This document shows positions 9,367 to 19,400 of a stretch of DNA of 64,000 bases, piece by piece. The stretch comes from Thermoplasmatales archaeon (lineage in GTDB: Archaea > Thermoplasmatota > E2 > UBA202 > JdFR-43): the NCBI GenBank assembly GCA_014361195.1, contig JACIWA010000003.1, positions 131,894-195,893 of the forward strand. The letters are read 5' to 3'. Made by a program: the position numbers and the translations under genes. Under the pieces are notes generated by a model. The model was not told the DNA's origin and searched no databases. It worked only from the letters and a program-made list of their open reading frames with translations. Within the stretch, counting starts at the first letter, position 1. Every line of letters begins with the position of its first letter.

Positions 9367-10143
9367 GTGGAAAGAAATGAAATAAGGGTAGCAATTCTTC
9401 GGATGGAAGGAACAAACTGCGAGGAAGAAACTCTCAATGCTTTTCTTCGCCTCAAAGTAAATGCGGAATATGTGCATCTCAAGGAATTTGAAAGCGGAAA
9501 AAAGAGCTTGATGGACTACCAGTGCATATTTTTGCCAGGCGGTTTTTCCGCGGGCGACTATGTGAGGGCGGGCGCAATATTTTCATCTCGCCTTAAAGCG
9601 AGTGTTTTCAGGGAGCTTGTAAGATATGTTGATGAAGGATATGCAATTGCTGGAGTTTGCAATGGATTTCAAGTACTTGTTGAACTGGGTCTTCTTCCTG
9701 CTCTTAATGGAATAAGTGAGGAGCCAGAAGCATGTTTGGCAACAAATGATTCAAATAGATTTGAGTGCAGACAAACTTTGCTGAGGCATGAAGGGAATTG
9801 CAAGCTAACAAGGAACATTAAGAAAGGAAAAGTTTGCTTGATTCCATGTGCTCATGCGGAAGGAAAATTGATTTTTAAAAATGAAGAATATGGGGAAGAA
9901 GTCAATGAAAAGCAAGTTGTTTTTAGATATGTAAATTCGGAAGGAAAAGAAGATGCATACCCATTTAATCCAAATGGTTCATATGCAAATATTGCGGGAA
10001 TAACAAATCCTCAAGGAAATATCCTTGGAATGATGCCCCATCCTGAGAGAGCTTTTTATAGGTGGCAAAACATTAATTGGCGGAGCGGGGATGGAAAAGG
10101 TATATTTGAAGGAATAATTAAGTATATAGAAAGAAGATGTTAA
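9367..10143 (+). CDS. purQ: Phosphoribosylformylglycinamidine synthase glutaminase subunit
   Basis: GTNCE, PGGFSAGD, GVCNGFQ, AHAEG, GMMPHPER. Confidence 0.96.
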   Translation: MERNEIRVAILRMEGTNCEEETLNAFLRLKVNAEYVHLKEFESGKKSLMDYQCIFLPGGFSAGDYVRAGAIFSSRLKASVFRELVRYVDEGYAIAGVCNGFQVLVELGLLPALNGISEEPEACLATNDSNRFECRQTLLRHEGNCKLTRNIKKGKVCLIPCAHAEGKLIFKNEEYGEEVNEKQVVFRYVNSEGKEDAYPFNPNGSYANIAGITNPQGNILGMMPHPERAFYRWQNINWRSGDGKGIFEGIIKYIERRC

Positions 10144-11078
10144 GAATAAGGGGTAATTTTGTGGAAGAAAAAAATAAAATGAGCCTAATCGAGGCATGCT
10201 ATCTGCTTGAGAAAGGAAAGACTGAAGTAGCAATTGATGGAAAAAAAGTTGATTTTGAAGAATTTTTAAAGCACGCTACTTGTGTTTTCAATGATTTTGA
10301 AATAAAGTATCTAGTATATCGTGATTTAAGGGAGCGTGGCTATATAGCGGAAATTGGAGATGATTTTCTTTTATATGAGCGTGGAAAAAAACCACCTGCA
10401 GAGCCATCATTTATTGTAAAGGCAATTTCTGAAAGAGCAAGATTCAAAATAGAAGATATTGTTGATTGGCTTTCTAAATCTAATAAAAAAATAATAATCG
10501 GGATTGTTGATGAAGAAGGAGATTTAACCTATTACTCAGTTAAATTTTTTGAAATGAAAGGAGAAAAGAAAAAAGAGAATTATAAGGGCAATATAGTGGT
10601 GCTAAATGACAGAAGTGTTGTTTTTGATGAGCAATTGATAAAAAAAATAAGGAAAGAAGGCATCGGGAGGGATTTTGGAAAATATTCTCAACTTTCTTTA
10701 ATGGAAAGTGCATATATGGCGAAGAATGGGGCAAATCTTATTAAAAATGGTGATCCAATATCTTTAAAGGATTTTATAAAGAATGCAAAAACTATTCAGC
10801 CAGATATAAGTGAAAGATTGAAAATTTATGAAGATTTGAAGAATAAAGGAAAGCTTCCCAAAACAGGATTCAAATTTGGCTCACATTTCAGGGTTTATGA
10901 TGGAAAAATCGAAGAACATGCTCCATATCTAGTTCATGTTATAAAAAACAATTACACCGCAACATGGGCGGAGATAAGCAGGGCGGTAAGGCTTGCTCAG
11001 TCTGTTAAAAAGGAAATGATATTTGCGGTTGCTGGGAAGGAGATAAAATATATAAGAATAAAAAGAATTACCCCATAA
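10137..11078 (+). CDS. endA: tRNA-intron endonuclease (duplicated-domain type)
   Basis: Two repeats (VYRDLRERGY; IYEDLKNKG), KTGFKFGSHFRVY, catalytic H, RLAQSVKK. Confidence 0.92.
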   Translation: MLRIRGNFVEEKNKMSLIEACYLLEKGKTEVAIDGKKVDFEEFLKHATCVFNDFEIKYLVYRDLRERGYIAEIGDDFLLYERGKKPPAEPSFIVKAISERARFKIEDIVDWLSKSNKKIIIGIVDEEGDLTYYSVKFFEMKGEKKKENYKGNIVVLNDRSVVFDEQLIKKIRKEGIGRDFGKYSQLSLMESAYMAKNGANLIKNGDPISLKDFIKNAKTIQPDISERLKIYEDLKNKGKLPKTGFKFGSHFRVYDGKIEEHAPYLVHVIKNNYTATWAEISRAVRLAQSVKKEMIFAVAGKEIKYIRIKRITP

Positions 11079-12254
11079 ATGAAAAAAATTGCAGTATTTA
11101 TTATTGCATTTCTCATGCTACCAAGCTTTGCTCATTCAAAAATTGATAAGAGAGAAATAAAGGTTGCAATTTATGACTCAATTTCCCCTTCTGTTAGACT
11201 TGTAGAGAGAGCTTTTAAATATGCATGGGAAGAAGATGGAATTAGATATGAAATTTCTGCAAAAAGAATTGATTATAAGGATGTTGTAAATGATGGTTTG
11301 AAAGATTATGATATTCTTGTAATAGGGGCAAGCGGAAGGCAGTATTTTCATGGATTGAGTAAAACATGGAGAGATAAAGTTAGGGAATTTATAGCCAGCG
11401 GGAGAGGATATATAGGGATTTGTGGGGGAGCAAATATTGTTTCAAAAGGATATGAAAAACCAAAACATTTTTTTGATTTTATTATAAATTCAGGTTGCCT
11501 TAAAATAGTTGATGCATATATAAATGATGACCAAGATGAGGAATGGCAATATCTATGGAAAGAAATAGGCGATTCAAGGATACCTTTGAAAAATGAAATA
11601 ATAGCTCCTCATCCAATTTTTGAAAATCTTTCATATCGATACATCACTTATGGTGGAGGCCCAGGAATGTATGGAATGAGAGAAGCAAAAGGAATTGCAA
11701 TTTATGCGGACGAGCCGATGGAGGTAGCACCATTGCATTACTGGGTATGGTTGGGGAAATGGATTCCTTATAAAAAAATTAAAACTGATATAAAAGGACA
11801 GTACTCAATTGCTGAAACATTTTATGGAAATGGGAAAGTTATTGTATTCAGCTCCCACCCAGAAATACCATGTGGAATGAATGGAAGTGTTTATGAGTTT
11901 TTTGGAATCTCAATATATGGGGTTCCAAGATATGTTTATTCATGGGTTAATGGAAATAATACAAATATGAGCTATAATTGGTGGATATTGAGGAGGGCAA
12001 TAGCATATACCCTATCTCTCCCTCTTCCTCCAATGGAAGAGCTATTTATTTACTTAAGATACTCAAGTGGGGAAATAATTGCATATGTAGAAAATGCGGA
12101 AAAAGTTATTTTTTATGTTGATGGTGATCTCTATGAGATTAAAAATGAACCACCCTTCAAGATATCCATAAATGACGGAAAAATGCATGTTGTAAAGGCG
12201 GTTGCTTTAAAAGGAAATGCAGAAGCATGGGATGAAATCACACTAAACACTTAA
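11079..12254 (+). CDS. Secreted BPL-N/class I glutamine-amidotransferase-like protein with C-terminal Ig-like domain
   Basis: Signal peptide; GRGYIGICGGA nucleophile elbow; YGGGP; SSHPE; KVIFYVDG C-terminal motif. Confidence 0.7.
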   Translation: MKKIAVFIIAFLMLPSFAHSKIDKREIKVAIYDSISPSVRLVERAFKYAWEEDGIRYEISAKRIDYKDVVNDGLKDYDILVIGASGRQYFHGLSKTWRDKVREFIASGRGYIGICGGANIVSKGYEKPKHFFDFIINSGCLKIVDAYINDDQDEEWQYLWKEIGDSRIPLKNEIIAPHPIFENLSYRYITYGGGPGMYGMREAKGIAIYADEPMEVAPLHYWVWLGKWIPYKKIKTDIKGQYSIAETFYGNGKVIVFSSHPEIPCGMNGSVYEFFGISIYGVPRYVYSWVNGNNTNMSYNWWILRRAIAYTLSLPLPPMEELFIYLRYSSGEIIAYVENAEKVIFYVDGDLYEIKNEPPFKISINDGKMHVVKAVALKGNAEAWDEITLNT

Positions 12255-12728
12255 CCTCCATATCTCATCTCCCAAATGATGAATATTTTCAACCGCTTTT
12301 CCCTTACCCTTCTTTTTTATCTCTTCCGCATCCATTAAAGCTTTACCCACCGCAATTGGATTACCTCTTGCATCTCTAACCCAGACCATATCTCCCTTTT
12401 TTATCTCCTCATCCATCTCAATTATTCCAGGCGCCATCACATCCGCCCCGCCCACTATATGCTTTATTGCGCCATCATCAACCGTTAAGTATTTCTTTTT
12501 TGGACTATATGCTCGGAAGCCCGCTAAATTCAAAAAAAGTCTTTCATCTATAAAGAAGGCAACAAATTTTTTATTTATAAGCAATATTTTCATATCTTTG
12601 AAATCTGCAATTTCTACCTCACCTTCTATTTTGCAATCAAGCTGATTTTCTATTTCATCAAGAATTTTTCTCGCCTCTTTTTTTCTTAAAACATGCCTAT
12701 TCTTAAACATTAAAATTAATTTTCTCAA
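12243..12728 (-). CDS. PUA-domain RNA-binding protein (DUF1947/MCT-1-like)
   Basis: VDDGAIKHIVGGADVMAPGI; GKGKAVENIHHLGDEIW. Confidence 0.9.
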   Translation of the reverse strand: MRKLILMFKNRHVLRKKEARKILDEIENQLDCKIEGEVEIADFKDMKILLINKKFVAFFIDERLFLNLAGFRAYSPKKKYLTVDDGAIKHIVGGADVMAPGIIEMDEEIKKGDMVWVRDARGNPIAVGKALMDAEEIKKKGKGKAVENIHHLGDEIWRLSV

Positions 12729-12758
12729 AATTTAAATACTTATTTCTCATAACAGAAC

Positions 12759-12920
12759 ATGCTTGAAGGTAGATGCATAAGTTGCGGAAGAGGACTAACA
12801 TTAGAAGGGCATTCTCAGTTTCCCTGCCCGGAGTGCGGGGCATTGATAAAGAGATGCAGGAATTGCAGAGCTCTTTCTGCAAAATATAAATGTAATGAAT
12901 GTGGTTTTGAGGGGCCATAA
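12759..12920 (+). CDS. Small zinc-finger protein (DUF1610/HVO_2753-like)
   Basis: Manual ORF MLEGRCISCGRGL..FPCPECG..IKRCRNCR..YKCNECGFEGP, in its usual position upstream of aEF-1beta. Confidence 0.9.
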   Translation: MLEGRCISCGRGLTLEGHSQFPCPECGALIKRCRNCRALSAKYKCNECGFEGP

Positions 12921-12921
12921 C

Positions 12922-13182
12922 ATGGGAAAAGTAGCGGTAAAAATAAAATTAATGCCATCTGATATCTCAATAAATCTGGAAGAAATTAGATATCAAGCGG
13001 AAAAAATCATGCCGGATTATGCAAAAATAGTAAGGCATGAAATAATTCCTGTAGCATTCGGATTGAACGCTCTGCTATTAACAATTATAATGCCTGATCA
13101 AAGTCCTGATGAAGTAGTTGAAAAACTGGAAAAAATAGAAGGAGTAGAGAGCTTAGAAGTTGAAGAAGTTGGTTTGATTTAA
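12922..13182 (+). CDS. ef1b: Elongation factor 1-beta
   Basis: MGKVAVKIKLMP..PVAFGLNAL..IEGVESLEV. Confidence 0.92.
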   Translation: MGKVAVKIKLMPSDISINLEEIRYQAEKIMPDYAKIVRHEIIPVAFGLNALLLTIIMPDQSPDEVVEKLEKIEGVESLEVEEVGLI

Positions 13183-13516
13183 ATATTTTCCTTCCTAAGT
13201 AATTTATCATATTTTAGATAGGGAATTAGCAATATTATCCCTATTATAAAACCCCCTAATATAAATCCTATTATAACCCACAAAAGCTGTTTCTCCTTTG
13301 CCTTCCTGTAATCCTTGTTATCTATTAGAGTGTTTATTTCCTTTATATTGGTTCTTATAATGAAGTCAGTTACTCCAAAAATTATGAAAATTATTCCTAC
13401 AAGTAATATTAGGGTAACTACACCTATTACTAAAAATATTATTGCAAATATGAGCGCTATTATTCCCGCAACATTATTCAAACTTTTATTGTTTGTGCTT
13501 CAGGTGGAAGTTCCAT
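13179..13516 (-). CDS. Small membrane protein, possibly frameshifted near the 5' end
   Basis: Hydrophobic ORF 13179-13481; an ATG ORF at 13516 (MELPPEAQTIK) is out of frame by one base. Confidence 0.55.
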
Positions 13517-13601
13517 GATGTAATATATTAAAACATATTTATATTATTTGGTTAATCAATTAATGCAATGCCTTTTTATACCTTTCTTCTATAAAATTTT
13601 C

Positions 13602-13871
13602 ATGAAAAGGGTAAGTGTTAGAATATATGGAAAAGTTCAGGGGGTTTGGTTCAGGGCTCATACAAAAGAAATGGCGGATAAACTTGGCTTGTGTGGGTGG
13701 GTGAAAAATATGCCTGATGGGAGTGTATGGGCTGTTTTTGAAGGAGATGAAAGGAGAATAGAGGAAATGATTGAATGGTGCCATCACGGCCCTCCTCTTG
13801 CAAGAGTAGAAAGAGTGGAAATAAATGAAGAAGAGCCAAAGGGTGAGAAAGATTTCAGAATAAAATATTAG
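13602..13871 (+). CDS. acyP: Acylphosphatase
   Basis: [29 protein letters not shown]. Confidence 0.95.
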   Translation: MKRVSVRIYGKVQGVWFRAHTKEMADKLGLCGWVKNMPDGSVWAVFEGDERRIEEMIEWCHHGPPLARVERVEINEEEPKGEKDFRIKY

Positions 13872-14626
13872 CCAATTTCTAGCCCCATTTTTTTAATTTT
13901 TTCCTCAATTCCTTCTATTCTGCCGTGTAAATAAACTTTTCTGCAATGAGGTGTTGCATCCTTCATCTTAAACAAAATTTCATCATTTATTTTCACATAT
14001 TTAGGGGCAATATGTCCAAAAGCAACATTTTTTTCAATAGCAATTTCACTGAAGCGCGGAGCATAATGCCCGCCCCCGATTCCTATCGCAGAAAATGCCT
14101 CTTCCTTAGCTTCGGAAAATTCAAGAATCGCCTCCGCCACCGCCTGGCATGCTTTTTCATCATTCCACTCCTTTCTTGTGCTCCCTATCTCGATAAAAAA
14201 AGAGGGTTTTTCAAGATATGGGCCATGATGTGTTGCTTCATAGCAAACTTCATAACTTTCGAGATTTTTTTCTTTCAGAGTTTTAATCGCATTGAGCATA
14301 AGGAAAGGGTTGCATTTGATTATCTCTCCATTTTTTCCACCATATTCCGCATTTCCAAAGTTTCCTATAGCATGCACGCTTAAAGTTTTTTTATTTTGAG
14401 ACGATGAATGGCGAGATGCAAAAATTATTGTATCCACTCTATATCCTTTCTCCTCTATCTCCTTATCAATATTATCATGATATATGTGCAAATCATCTAT
14501 AAAGTAGAGCAAAAAATCTTCTGAAATAAGCAATCCTTTCTCCTCCCTCCATTTTCTACTTCGCAATATAAATTTTGAAATGTTGATGCTTGCCTCATCT
14601 TCTTTTGAGAAAATTATACAGAGCAT
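13868..14626 (-). CDS. dtdA: D-aminoacyl-tRNA deacylase (archaeal DTD2)
   Basis: [40 protein letters not shown]. Confidence 0.92.
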   Translation of the reverse strand: MLCIIFSKEDEASINISKFILRSRKWREEKGLLISEDFLLYFIDDLHIYHDNIDKEIEEKGYRVDTIIFASRHSSSQNKKTLSVHAIGNFGNAEYGGKNGEIIKCNPFLMLNAIKTLKEKNLESYEVCYEATHHGPYLEKPSFFIEIGSTRKEWNDEKACQAVAEAILEFSEAKEEAFSAIGIGGGHYAPRFSEIAIEKNVAFGHIAPKYVKINDEILFKMKDATPHCRKVYLHGRIEGIEEKIKKMGLEIG

Positions 14627-14664
14627 AGGAGAATAACTTAAATAGATAAAAAAATATTTGGTTA

Positions 14665-15447
14665 ATGCCATTGAACAGGAAAAAGGAAGAGCTGGAAGCA
14701 TTTATAAGAAAGCTTGAGCAACAGGCCCTGGAAACAGCAGAAGAAAGGCACCCAATTTATGTTGAAGCGGGTTTAAAGGATGCTAAAATTGTTCTTGATG
14801 TTGGATTTGGCTCAGGAGCGGTAACAAGAGATGTTTGTGCTCATACAAGTGGCGAGGTTATTGCAATTGATGACTCTTTTGAAATGCTTGAAATAGCAAA
14901 AAAAATGCTGGAAGGCGTAAGAAATGTTAATCTCTACATAGCGGATGCCCATTTTCTTCCTTTTAAAGATGAAACATTTGATATTGTAACTTGCAATCTT
15001 CTTCTTATGTGGGTAAAGGATCCACAAAAAGTAATAAATGAAATGGCAAGAGTTACAAAGAAAGGAGGTAAAGTTGTTGCAACTCTTGAACCAGATTTCG
15101 GTGGAAAGGTGCATTGGCCACCATTTCCAGAAGTTGATGAGATATTTTCAGGAAAAGCAATAAAAAATAGAGGGGGGGATCCATATATAGGGAGGAAATT
15201 AAGAATGCTATTTGTTAGAGCGGGATTAAAAACAAAAATAGGGTTAGGGAATAAAAGGATATGGGTTTGCGAAGAGGATAGATTATCCTTTTTAAGAGCA
15301 AAAAATTTTTATGAAAATGTTTTGATGAGGGAAGGTTTAAGCAAAGAAAAAATAGAGGAATGGGAAAGGGAGCATTTAAAATCAATTGAAGAAGGAATTG
15401 AATTCAATTTCTTCCCCCAATTTTATGCAATAGGAATAAAGGAATAA
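14665..15447 (+). CDS. Class I SAM-dependent methyltransferase
   Basis: VLDVGFGSG, ADAHFLPFKDETFDIV, EMARVTKKGG. Confidence 0.88.
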   Translation: MPLNRKKEELEAFIRKLEQQALETAEERHPIYVEAGLKDAKIVLDVGFGSGAVTRDVCAHTSGEVIAIDDSFEMLEIAKKMLEGVRNVNLYIADAHFLPFKDETFDIVTCNLLLMWVKDPQKVINEMARVTKKGGKVVATLEPDFGGKVHWPPFPEVDEIFSGKAIKNRGGDPYIGRKLRMLFVRAGLKTKIGLGNKRIWVCEEDRLSFLRAKNFYENVLMREGLSKEKIEEWEREHLKSIEEGIEFNFFPQFYAIGIKE

Positions 15448-18336
15448 TTATTTTTTCCTCAACAAAAGTATTGATGGAAGCAATGTTATGGATGCAATAA
15501 AGGAGTATAAGATGGTCAAGCACATTATCACTCCAAATTGCCTCTCTGGTGGCATAGGCGAGAAAATGAGCATGGAGAAGCCCGCAATTGTAGTTAAAGC
15601 TGCCCCAACTATGGCGGAGCCGGTGGAGGAGAGAATTTCAAACATGCTTTCTTTGCTTTTATCTGATTTTCTGAATCTATCTGTTATATGAATTGAGTAA
15701 GTTATTCCTAAGCCAATTGTAAGAGATGTTACCATTATTGTCATAACATTTAAAGAATAATTCATCAATGCCATGCTACCAACTATCCATATTGAAGCAA
15801 TTCCAACAGGAAGAATGTTTAAAAACCCGAGAATAAAATCTTTATATATTATTGCCAGAATTATTATGGAAAGTATTATGCATATCAGAGTTGATTTAAT
15901 TTGATTTTTTACAAGCGATGATGTTATTGTATATGTCAATATGGTTGGGCCGGTAATTATTGCATTTCCTAATATATCTTCCTTCAATTGATTATAAAAC
16001 TTCTCTATATTCTTATTTACATCCCCACCAGATGAAATTGCATTGTTATAAATTATTATGAGAGATGCATCATATTCCCCATTTTTTCTATGCAAAACTC
16101 TCCTTATTTCATTTTTATATTCCTTATTTTCATATAAATAGTCATAAATGTTTTTTACATCCTCATCGCTTTTCGGCAATCCATCCTCGCCTATATTAAA
16201 TTTTTCCGCAATTGTTCTATTCTTTTTTACCGCATCTTCAATTAAGCTAACTACGGACAAAACCTTTATTCCACCATCAGGAGTTTTTAAAATAAATTCA
16301 TCATCCTTCATATTTTTATGCATTTCCTTAATTTCTTTTAATGTCTTTAATTTAGTAACATTTTCTTCTATTATTATGTAATCTTCGCTCTGAATGAAAA
16401 ACGGAAAGTTTTCATTTATCTTATTTAAAGTTTTTATTGATGGGCTTTCCTCTGGTAAAAATTCCTCTATCCTGAAACCTGTTTTTACATTTCCCATACT
16501 GAAGAGCATTATAATTGTAAAAATAGAGAAAAATAAAATGACAATTTTTGGTTTTTTAACAACAAAATTTGTTTGTTTTTTAATCAAGAAATCAAAGGAA
16601 AAAGATTTTTTCTCATATAAACCAAAATCATCTTTTTTATCAATAAAATATCTCACTGAAGCAAGAAGTGTAATTGTTACAATAAAAGTATAAATTATTC
16701 CAATTGCACATAAAAAACCAAAATATCTTAGAGGAGGAATTGTTGCGGTAAGAAATGATAGGAAGCCTATGCATGTTGTAATTGTTGCAAGAAATAAGGC
16801 GGTGCCCGTATTTGCTATTGCATTCGCTATTGCTTCGCCCGCCCTCTTTCCATTGTTTCTTTCATTTATATATCTATGGAAAAGATGTATGGAATAATCC
16901 ACACCGAGCCCCATTATAAGAGGCATTATTGCAACATAGAGGGCATTAAAATTTATATTAAGAATGGACATTGTGCCGAAAGTCCATATTAAGGAAATGA
17001 AAAGACCAGCGAAAGAGAGAATAACATAAGATATCTTCCTTAAATCTAAAAACAGGAGAAATGCTATTGCAATGAATATTCCAATCCCTATTATTCTATT
17101 TGATTTATCAGTCATTTCATTTATTTCATTTGATATTATTTTTTCTCCAGTTATTTTAAATTCTTCTCTTTTTATATTTCTCAATCTCTCATAAAAAGAA
17201 TCAAAATCTGATGAATTTATCTGGAAAAGAACAATTGTTGATTTTGCCTTCATTTTTTCATAATCTTTTGATAAAATCATCAGAGCGGAATTTTTCATTT
17301 CATCCATGAATTCCGGTTTTAAGAATAAAACAAAAGAAGAATTTAATGAATCAATTTCTGACCATAATTTATCAATGTCCTTCAATGAAATGTTGTGATT
17401 CAAGAAATCCATTCCAACAATCTTTTCATCTATTGCAAAACCGAACCAGGGAAATTTATATTTTCTTAAACCTATTTTAATCTCTGTTAGCTTTGAAGGA
17501 AGCTCCATGCTTCCAAATTTTCCTATACCAAATTTACCGAGCTCATCCTTATCAATTTCAATAACCACTCTATTTCCTGATGTGTAAAATTTGCTCTCAT
17601 TTAGTTTTACAGGGAAATATGTTCCATTGCTAAAAACCCATATGTAAACATTTTCTTCTTTATCCCTTTTCTTCAAATTTTCTTTAAGACCCGCCCCAAA
17701 TACCCATATGGGTAGTAAATCATCTCTTGCAGATATCTTATAGGGGACTGAATTATCCCCTATTTTAGAATTGAATTCTATAAACCATTCGTATTCTTGC
17801 CTATATGAATTTTTTGGGATTTGAAAAGATTCAATTGAGAAAAAAATCTTAGTATCATTTTCCTTTACATATGCTGAGTAAATTTTTGCCCCATCTTTTT
17901 TATTTTCCCCGATTTTTATTTCTTCATAACTTTTTTCATACATCAAATCCTGAAATGCATTAATTATTTCTTCATCAGAGCAATTTATCAAATTTTTTCC
18001 ATATTCAATATTGCATATTATATCAACAAGTCCCGCAATACTTAAACAATTAAAATTTCCAATTTCTTTTGAGAAATTATAAATTTCTCTTAAGGAGCTG
18101 GGTTTTAAGACATTGTCATTTTCTATATACACCATTATTGCACTTGAACTATCTCCAAAGTATTCCCTAACCCTTCTCTCCGCCCTCACAACTTCACTGT
18201 CTGGAAGAAAATCATTAAGAGAAGTACTCATATTTATAAAAGGAAGGAATGATGAAAATATCAATGTAATTAGGATAGCTATTGCAATAATTGTTACTGT
18301 CCTTTTTTCAACAAATCTTCCTACCCTATCTAGCAT
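15448..18336 (-). CDS. MMPL/RND-family transporter
   Basis: Two TM clusters with GLGVDYSIH and GLGITYSIH motifs and large extracytoplasmic loops. Confidence 0.88.
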   Translation of the reverse strand: MLDRVGRFVEKRTVTIIAIAILITLIFSSFLPFINMSTSLNDFLPDSEVVRAERRVREYFGDSSSAIMVYIENDNVLKPSSLREIYNFSKEIGNFNCLSIAGLVDIICNIEYGKNLINCSDEEIINAFQDLMYEKSYEEIKIGENKKDGAKIYSAYVKENDTKIFFSIESFQIPKNSYRQEYEWFIEFNSKIGDNSVPYKISARDDLLPIWVFGAGLKENLKKRDKEENVYIWVFSNGTYFPVKLNESKFYTSGNRVVIEIDKDELGKFGIGKFGSMELPSKLTEIKIGLRKYKFPWFGFAIDEKIVGMDFLNHNISLKDIDKLWSEIDSLNSSFVLFLKPEFMDEMKNSALMILSKDYEKMKAKSTIVLFQINSSDFDSFYERLRNIKREEFKITGEKIISNEINEMTDKSNRIIGIGIFIAIAFLLFLDLRKISYVILSFAGLFISLIWTFGTMSILNINFNALYVAIMPLIMGLGVDYSIHLFHRYINERNNGKRAGEAIANAIANTGTALFLATITTCIGFLSFLTATIPPLRYFGFLCAIGIIYTFIVTITLLASVRYFIDKKDDFGLYEKKSFSFDFLIKKQTNFVVKKPKIVILFFSIFTIIMLFSMGNVKTGFRIEEFLPEESPSIKTLNKINENFPFFIQSEDYIIIEENVTKLKTLKEIKEMHKNMKDDEFILKTPDGGIKVLSVVSLIEDAVKKNRTIAEKFNIGEDGLPKSDEDVKNIYDYLYENKEYKNEIRRVLHRKNGEYDASLIIIYNNAISSGGDVNKNIEKFYNQLKEDILGNAIITGPTILTYTITSSLVKNQIKSTLICIILSIIILAIIYKDFILGFLNILPVGIASIWIVGSMALMNYSLNVMTIMVTSLTIGLGITYSIHITDRFRKSDKSKESMFEILSSTGSAIVGAALTTIAGFSMLIFSPMPPERQFGVIMCLTILYSFIASITLLPSILLLRKK

Positions 18337-18393
18337 ATGGTTTATAACTTCCAGATATTTAACTTTATTGTGATTATCATAATTTTCATATTT

Positions 18394-19380
18394 TCATAAA
18401 TTCCAATAATTTTTCATAACTCTTTTTATTTCCTCAACTATTCTATCGCATTCTTTACCTCCTACATTCTCCTCAAAACTTATTGGTTCATCAACAAGAT
18501 GACTTATTTCAATTGCAACTCCTCTTGCAAGATTATCCGCTAAATATCCTCCCTCAAGCAAGCAAACAATTTTTTCTTGAACCCCTTTAAATTTCTCTAT
18601 TATTTCTCCATAAAAATTTATTCCTAGAGCAAGTCCTCCCAGTGGATCTGCATAATGGCTATCAAATCCAGCAGAAATTATAACAAAATCTGGTGAAAAT
18701 TCCTTTGCAATTGGAATCATAATTTCATCCATAATTTTTCTAACACACCCTTCACCACTTCCATATGGGAGAGGAGCATTAACTGTATATCCTTCCCCTT
18801 CCCCAGTCCCTACTTCTTCTATTCTTCCAGTTCCAGGATAATGAGGGTAAAGATGAATTGATTGATAAAGGACATCGCATCTCTCATAAAATATATCCTG
18901 CGTTCCATTCCCGTGATGCACATCGTGGTCAAAAATCAGCACCCTTTTCCCTTTTTCTGCAAGCCAGTTCCCAGCAATCCCAGCATTATTAAAAATACAA
19001 AAACCCATCGACGCATGCCTCGTCGCATGGTGGCCGGGCGGGCGCAAGATTGCAAAAGCATTCCTATCTTTTCCCTCAATTATTTCATCGCACGCCTTGA
19101 TTGCCCCTCCAGCAGCAAGTTTTGCTACTTCATAGGAGAATTCATTTGTATAAGTATCCATGTCGAGCCATCCAACTTTTTTGGCCCTTTTAATCATCTC
19201 TGAATCATGAACTTTTTCAATTTCATCCTCACTTATCTCATCTGGCTCAATTAAATTTAATTTATCATAGAATGGCATTTTTTTTAGGAAATTGATTATT
19301 GCAGTTGCTCGAGATGCATTTTCAACATGCGTTGGATTATCATGAAGCAGAAATTTATCTGAATAAATTACAAGGGTCAT
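18394..19380 (-). CDS. Histone deacetylase-family (AcuC/APAH-like) deacylase
   Basis: RPPGHHA, GFCIFNN, DHDVHHGNGTQ, SAGFDSH, LEGGY. Confidence 0.93.
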   Translation of the reverse strand: MTLVIYSDKFLLHDNPTHVENASRATAIINFLKKMPFYDKLNLIEPDEISEDEIEKVHDSEMIKRAKKVGWLDMDTYTNEFSYEVAKLAAGGAIKACDEIIEGKDRNAFAILRPPGHHATRHASMGFCIFNNAGIAGNWLAEKGKRVLIFDHDVHHGNGTQDIFYERCDVLYQSIHLYPHYPGTGRIEEVGTGEGEGYTVNAPLPYGSGEGCVRKIMDEIMIPIAKEFSPDFVIISAGFDSHYADPLGGLALGINFYGEIIEKFKGVQEKIVCLLEGGYLADNLARGVAIEISHLVDEPISFEENVGGKECDRIVEEIKRVMKNYWNL

Positions 19381-19400
19381 AAAGATAAACATATAATAAA

